Positions 57,997-64,000 of a stretch of 64,000 nucleotides of DNA are shown here, one piece after another. Both the position numbers and the translations under genes were made by a program. A model generated the notes under the pieces. The model did not search any database. It was not told the DNA's origin and saw only the letters and a list, made by a program, of their open reading frames with translations. Position 1 is the stretch's first letter; every line of letters begins with the position of its first letter. This DNA is from the human T2T-CHM13v2.0 reference genome, Homo sapiens: assembly GCF_009914755.1 (NCBI RefSeq), contig NC_060934.1. The stretch is one strand, 5' to 3'.

Positions 57997-59569
57997 TAAA
58001 ATTGGCTGCAAATGAAGCCAGAGTGTTTCAGTAGGAGAGAATACTAAGCAAGGAAAACATTATGGCCATAGACTTGGGAAGAAAAAACATGGAATATTCT
58101 GGGACACTGGTGCAGAAGGAGTGGAGTCTGACTAGATACAGAGCGAGGGTCCTGTTGCAAGGTAGTGGGGACTGCACTTATGAGCACTGCCTAGGGCAGT
58201 GTTATGAAGAGCACTGAATGCTTGCATTTGATGCACCGTTCATTAAGAAGAGGGAGCCTCTCCATATACTCAGCTAGAGCAACAGAATAAACCCATTTAA
58301 TGAATTCTTCAATCTGCAGAAAAAGCCAGTGGCAAAAGAGGCAGAGTGGTAGGAAGATTTAGTAGTGGGGCTCCAATTTTTGAGCTTATAACTCATATAT
58401 GCAAAGATGATGTCTTGCTAAATTTGGTCTTTAATTTAGACTTTTTCCCGCACCCACAGGTTACCAGGGAAGAAATAAACTAAATGTCTAATCTGGTTTA
58501 AAAGTAGGCCTATTTAATAATCTAAACAGCTCTTACATCTATTGCTTAGTATCTCCAGGATGAAGACACTGAATCTCTCAGATACTTTCCCTGTCTTCTG
58601 CTGTTCTTCCTAAGCTGATGTTCAGGTATGTGGAGGGAGGAGAGTGCCCTATGTGTTGGGAAGGGAGGGAAGGGCTTCATGTCAGTCCTCAGGTAGGCAA
58701 TGGCCTGCGTCCACTCATCTCAGAGCCAATGTCCTCTGTCCACCTACAGGTTGCTTGCTCAGCTAAAATCTGCAGCTGAACTCTGCATCTAGTGTGCTAT
58801 GTGATCTCTCTGAGCCTATTTAGAACCTGGGAAGACACTCCAGTCCACTTGGCCTTGTTTCTGACTTGCTCCAGCTACAAATTTTCAATCCACTTGCCAA
58901 GTGACCTGCCTGCCCCTCACCTGTGCTTCCCAGCCCCTTCTCCCTACTATGTAGGCCAGTCACAAGCCATGGCTTATCAGCATTTGAACCAGGATAAAAA
59001 TGAGAGTGGCTATGGAAAGGCACAAGAACCCTAAACCTCAGACCTTCCCCTCTGTCTGATAATGGCATGCCACGTAGTTTAATTTTCTGTGGCTGCACTC
59101 CAGGTTAACTGCAGGTTAGTTCCAGGTAATACTTTAGCTGCATTGCAGGGCAGACCTGCCTGCAATGCCTGAACCTAAACTAGAGAAAGAAGTATCTGGA
59201 CCTAAATTATTTTTAATGGAGAAATTATACAACTTTATTGAGCAACATTAAAGAAGACTAAATAAATGGCATAATATACTATGTTCATGAATTGGGAGAC
59301 AGTATATAAAGATATTAATTGTTACCAAACTGGTTTATAATGTAATCAAAATCAAAATACAACAGTTATTTTGTGAAACTTGACAACCTAATTCTAGAAT
59401 TAAACCATAAATGAGATACTATCAAAATAACCACATGATCTAAACTTATAACGTCTGATAACAATAAGTGTTGGCAAGGGTATGGAGGAATAGGATCATT
59501 GGTAGCAGTGTTCACTGGCACAACCATTAGAAAATATTTTAGCATTATCTACTATGGTAGATAAACACA

Positions 59570-60038
59570 TGGTTGTGGCTTAATTTATTTCCCCCAAAAG
59601 GTAATGTTCAAGTCCTAACTGTGGGTATCAGTGAATATAAACTTATTTGGAAATAGGGTCTTTGCAGATGTAATTAAGTTAAAAAGACATCACACTGGAT
59701 TTGAATGGGCCCTAATTCAGTGACTGATATCCTTATAAAAGAGTAAATAAATGAAGTTTGGAGACACAGATGTAGAGACACAGGCACATGGAGAAAAAGA
59801 AGGTCACATGAAGACAGAGGCCGAGATTGGAGTGACACTGCCACAAGCCAAGGAGTGCCAGAAGCTGGAAGAGTCAAGGAAGGATTCCTCTCTAGAGCCT
59901 TCAAAGGGATCATGACCTTGCTGACACCTTAACTACAGACTTGTAACCTCCAGAATGTGAAAAAAAATAAAGTTCTGGTTGCTTTAAGTCACATAGTTTG
60001 TGGTACTTTATTAAGGTAATTCTAAAAAACTAATATAA
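59570..60038 (+). mobile_element. MLT1 (B/C-like) LTR
   Basis: TTATTTGGAAATAGGGTCTTTGCAGATGTAATTAAGTTAA; GCCACAAGCCAAGGA. Confidence 0.88.
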
Positions 60039-60079
60039 TATACATGTCCTGTGACCCAGCAATTTCTCCTCTTGGATAT

Positions 60080-60437
60080 TGATATGGTTTGGCTGTGTCC
60101 CCACCCAAATCTCATCATGAATTGTAACTCCCACAGTTCCCACATATCATGGGAGGAACCTGGTGGGAGGTTACTGAATCATGAGTGCAGGCCTCTCCCA
60201 TGCTGTTCTCATGATAGTGAATATGTCTCACGAGATCTGATGGTTTTAAAAATGGGAGTTTCCCTGCACAAGCTCTCTTCTCTTGTCTGCCTCCAGGTGA
60301 GACGTGCCTTTTACCATACACCATGATTGTGAGGCCTCCCCAGCCACGTGGAACTGTAAGGCCATTAAAACTCTTTCTTTTGTAAATTGTGCAGTCTCAG
60401 GTATGTCTTTATCAGCAGTGTGAAACAGACTAATACA
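60080..60437 (+). mobile_element. THE1 solo LTR
   Basis: TGATATGGTTTGGCTGTGTCCCCACCCAAATCTCATC...GACTAATACA. Confidence 0.95.
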
Positions 60438-60809
60438 GATAAACTACATAGGAACCTGTGCATATGTATTCCTGGATACATTTTAAATAATACTCACAGC
60501 ACATTGTTGATAATAGCACTAAATGGAAATAACCCAAATGCTCATCAACAGCAAGTGGATATGTTAATTACATTCATTCATTCAACACTATGCATGGCAT
60601 GCTTACTATATACTAAGCACTGTTGTAAGCCTCTGTAGAACTTATATTCCAGTAGAGGTAAACAGACCATAAAAATACATATATATTGATCAAATTATAT
60701 ACTATGGTAGAAGTTGATCAGAGCTATAGAAATAAAAATACAATGCAAGGTAACAGGAATTACAAGTGCCAGCTTTATGTAAATTTCAACATTACATTAG
60801 GTGGCCAGC

Positions 60810-61212
60810 TGTTATGGGCAGAATTGTGTCCCCTTAGAGGGGACACAATAGAATTCATGATTTGAAGCTGTAGTTAGCTCCTGGTGTGACTGTATTTAGA
60901 CAGGTCCTTTAAAAAAGGTAAGTTAAAATAATGCCATTAGGATGGGCCCTAGTCTGATCTGGCTGGTTTCCTTACAATAGGAGGAGATTAGACCAGAGAC
61001 ACCAAGGATGCTCACACAGAGGAAAGGCTGTGTGGGAACACAGCAAGCAGGCAGCCAACTGCAAGCCAAGGAGAGAGGCCTCAGGAGAAACCAACCCCAT
61101 TGGCACCTTGATCTTGAACTTGCAGCCTCCAGAACTGTGAGAACATAAATTTCTGTTGTTGAAGCCATCCTGTCTGCAGTATTTTATTATGGAAGCCCTA
61201 CCAAACAAACAC
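60810..61212 (+). mobile_element. MLT1A-like LTR inside L2
   Basis: TGTTATGGGCAGAATTGTGTCCCC; GCAAGCCAAGGAGAGAGGCCTCAGGAGAAACCAACCC. Confidence 0.88.
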
Positions 61213-61670
61213 ATCAGGTTAGGTCTCACTAAGAAAAAAAGATTTGCATAGGTATTTGAAAGAGAATCTGGGAGAAGAATGTTTGATGCAGAAAAAACAC
61301 CTACAGCAAAGGACTCTGAGTTAGGAGTCTACCTTACATACTTGAGGAACAGGAACGAAGCCAGGTGTCTGAAAGCAAAGCATGTGGAGAGTAGAGGGGC
61401 AGGAGGACATTAGTAAGATAAAAGGCAACAGTCAGGGGGGTTACGCATGTTATCATGAGGACTTCGGCTTTTGCTCTGAATGAAGAAGGGAACCGTTTCA
61501 GGAAGATACAGAGGAATGAGGTGCCTCATAGCAATGTAAATTACTATAACAGTTTTGATTTGATGTGGGTTTTTAAAGGACCATTCTGATGCCTCTCCCT
61601 CTTCCCTCCTCATCTTGAAAAATTCAGTCCATAAGCCATTAGGTAACACAAAGCAAGGTAGGCATTGCTA

Positions 61671-62241
<571 letters not shown>

Positions 62242-62795
62242 CTATAGAGGAGTGGTCTGGTGCAGGGAATTAGAGCCCAAGCTGGATGAGGAGAGCATCT
62301 GTGTGTGGGAGAGGGGTGGGAGGGAGAGCAGCCCAGAAAGTGGAATTAAGCCCAAGTTGGGTAAGGAGGGTATTTATGAAGGGAGCAGGTGGAAATGCAG
62401 ATGGAAAAGTGGTTACAAACAGTGAAATATATTAAAGATAATGGGAGCCAAGTTTCTCATGGTTACAGAAAAGAGTAAAAAACATGAAAGGGAGAAAATG
62501 ATAATAAAGCCCGTGGTGTTAGAAGTAATTAGTATGGGCTCTTGGTTTTTAATATATATGGTAATGGAAATAAACAAGGTACCTATGTGTGTGTTTATAC
62601 AAATACATACATCCCCTGACTCTGTCCACTGAGGCAACTAGGAACAGTGACACCCCAGTAGTAATGAGCACTCCTAGTACCCAGATCATGGGTTCTAAGT
62701 GCTAAGTACTATATTTCACTATAAGGAATGGGGGGCTCCTTGGAGAAATGGCTGAGTCCAGGGTTGGTGCAAGGAATGGGTAAAATGAATCTGGA

Positions 62796-63161
<366 letters not shown>

Positions 63162-63532
63162 TCACAGAAGCACTAAAAGAATGACAACTTAAAGGGACAT
63201 AGAAGCTAGCTTGAAGGGGTTCCCACTGGCCAAATATGGGACAATTTGAGTATTATAATAATTTTAAGAATCAATAACCCATTGAATAAAATAGGAAATC
63301 ACAAGTCCATACAGATAAATTGATGAAAGCTTGATTATTGGGATATTAAGATAGTTTTAAAACTATTAATTACAGTAATTAACCCTGCAAAATCCTTGCT
63401 AATTGCAAGTGGGAAAAGAATGCACACTATCAGCAATGGAAGAAAATGAGATCATGTGTCAACTGAGAGCACACACCATTTCTGGGACATTCCTGACCAA
63501 GATTTCCACCCCGCACCCCTCCACCTGCCACC

Positions 63533-63813
63533 GAGACAGAGTCTCACTCCGTTACCCAGGCTGGAGTGCAGTGGCATGATCTTGCCTCACTGCAACCTCC
63601 ACCTCCCCGGGTTCAAGCAATTCTCCTGCCTCAGCCTCCTGAGTAGCTGGGATTATAGGCATGTGCTACCACGCCCGGCTAATTTTTGTATTTTTAGTAG
63701 ACATGGGGTTTCACCATGTTGGCCAGGCTGTTCTTGAACTCCCGACCTCATGATATGCCTGCCTCAGCCTCCCAAAGTGCTGGGATTACAGGCATGAGAT
63801 ACCACGCCCAGCC
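63533..63813 (-). mobile_element. AluS lacking a poly(A) tail
   Basis: Full dimer; 14-bp TSD CCTGACCAAGATTT. Confidence 0.93.
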
Positions 63814-64000
63814 CCTGACCAAGATTTATAATTTGAGTCTAATCATGGAGAAACATCAGAACCCCAAGTTAAGAGGCATTCTAGAAAATAACCTGCCTAT
63901 AATCTTCAAAAGTGTCAAAGTTAGATGAATCAAAGAAACTGTTTCAGACTGAAAGAATCTAAAAAGACGTGACAAATAAATACAACCTGATTCTGCACTG

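Larger units (their letters stand above)
59210..60560 (+). mobile_element. old L1M(E) 3' fragment interrupted by MLT1 and THE1 LTRs
   Basis: AAAGAAGACTAAATAAATGG...TGTTCATGAATTGG; TGACCCAGCAATTTC; AACCCAAATG. Confidence 0.7.

Noticed and set aside
58161-58175. GGTAGTGGGGACTGC resembling the U1 snRNA 3' stem
   Set aside because: Only 15 nt with a gap, no Sm site or further similarity, no TSD or poly(A)

Overview
Primate, almost certainly human, non-coding genomic DNA (intronic or intergenic). The human call rests on an AluYa5-type element at 55.4-55.7 kb. By hand count there are roughly 45-50 Alu/FLAM copies (about a fifth of the window), plus L1, L2, MIR and L3 LINE/SINE remnants, MaLR LTRs (THE1/MST/MLT1), DNA-transposon fossils (Tigger3, MER47A, MER82, MER58A, MER53) and simple repeats. 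I find no supportable protein-coding gene, CpG island, tRNA/rRNA/snRNA gene or CRISPR array. The only recognisable peptides in the ORF track are L1 ORF2 fragments; the rest are Alu-, LTR- or microsatellite-derived or look random. I cannot support a new biological system here. The most unusual features are: a twin-primed (5'-inverted) L1PA; a second inverted L1MA lacking the RT core; a young AluYa5-like insertion; an Alu whose poly(A) is replaced by a G-rich tail inside a perfect 14-bp TSD; a ~24-nt orphan poly(A) retro-insertion; a perfect 17-bp hairpin; a re-used Alu insertion site; and several well-formed but unproven minus-strand exon candidates. Repeat subfamily names come from recalled consensus sequences, and boundaries are approximate (tens of bp) unless a TSD is given.
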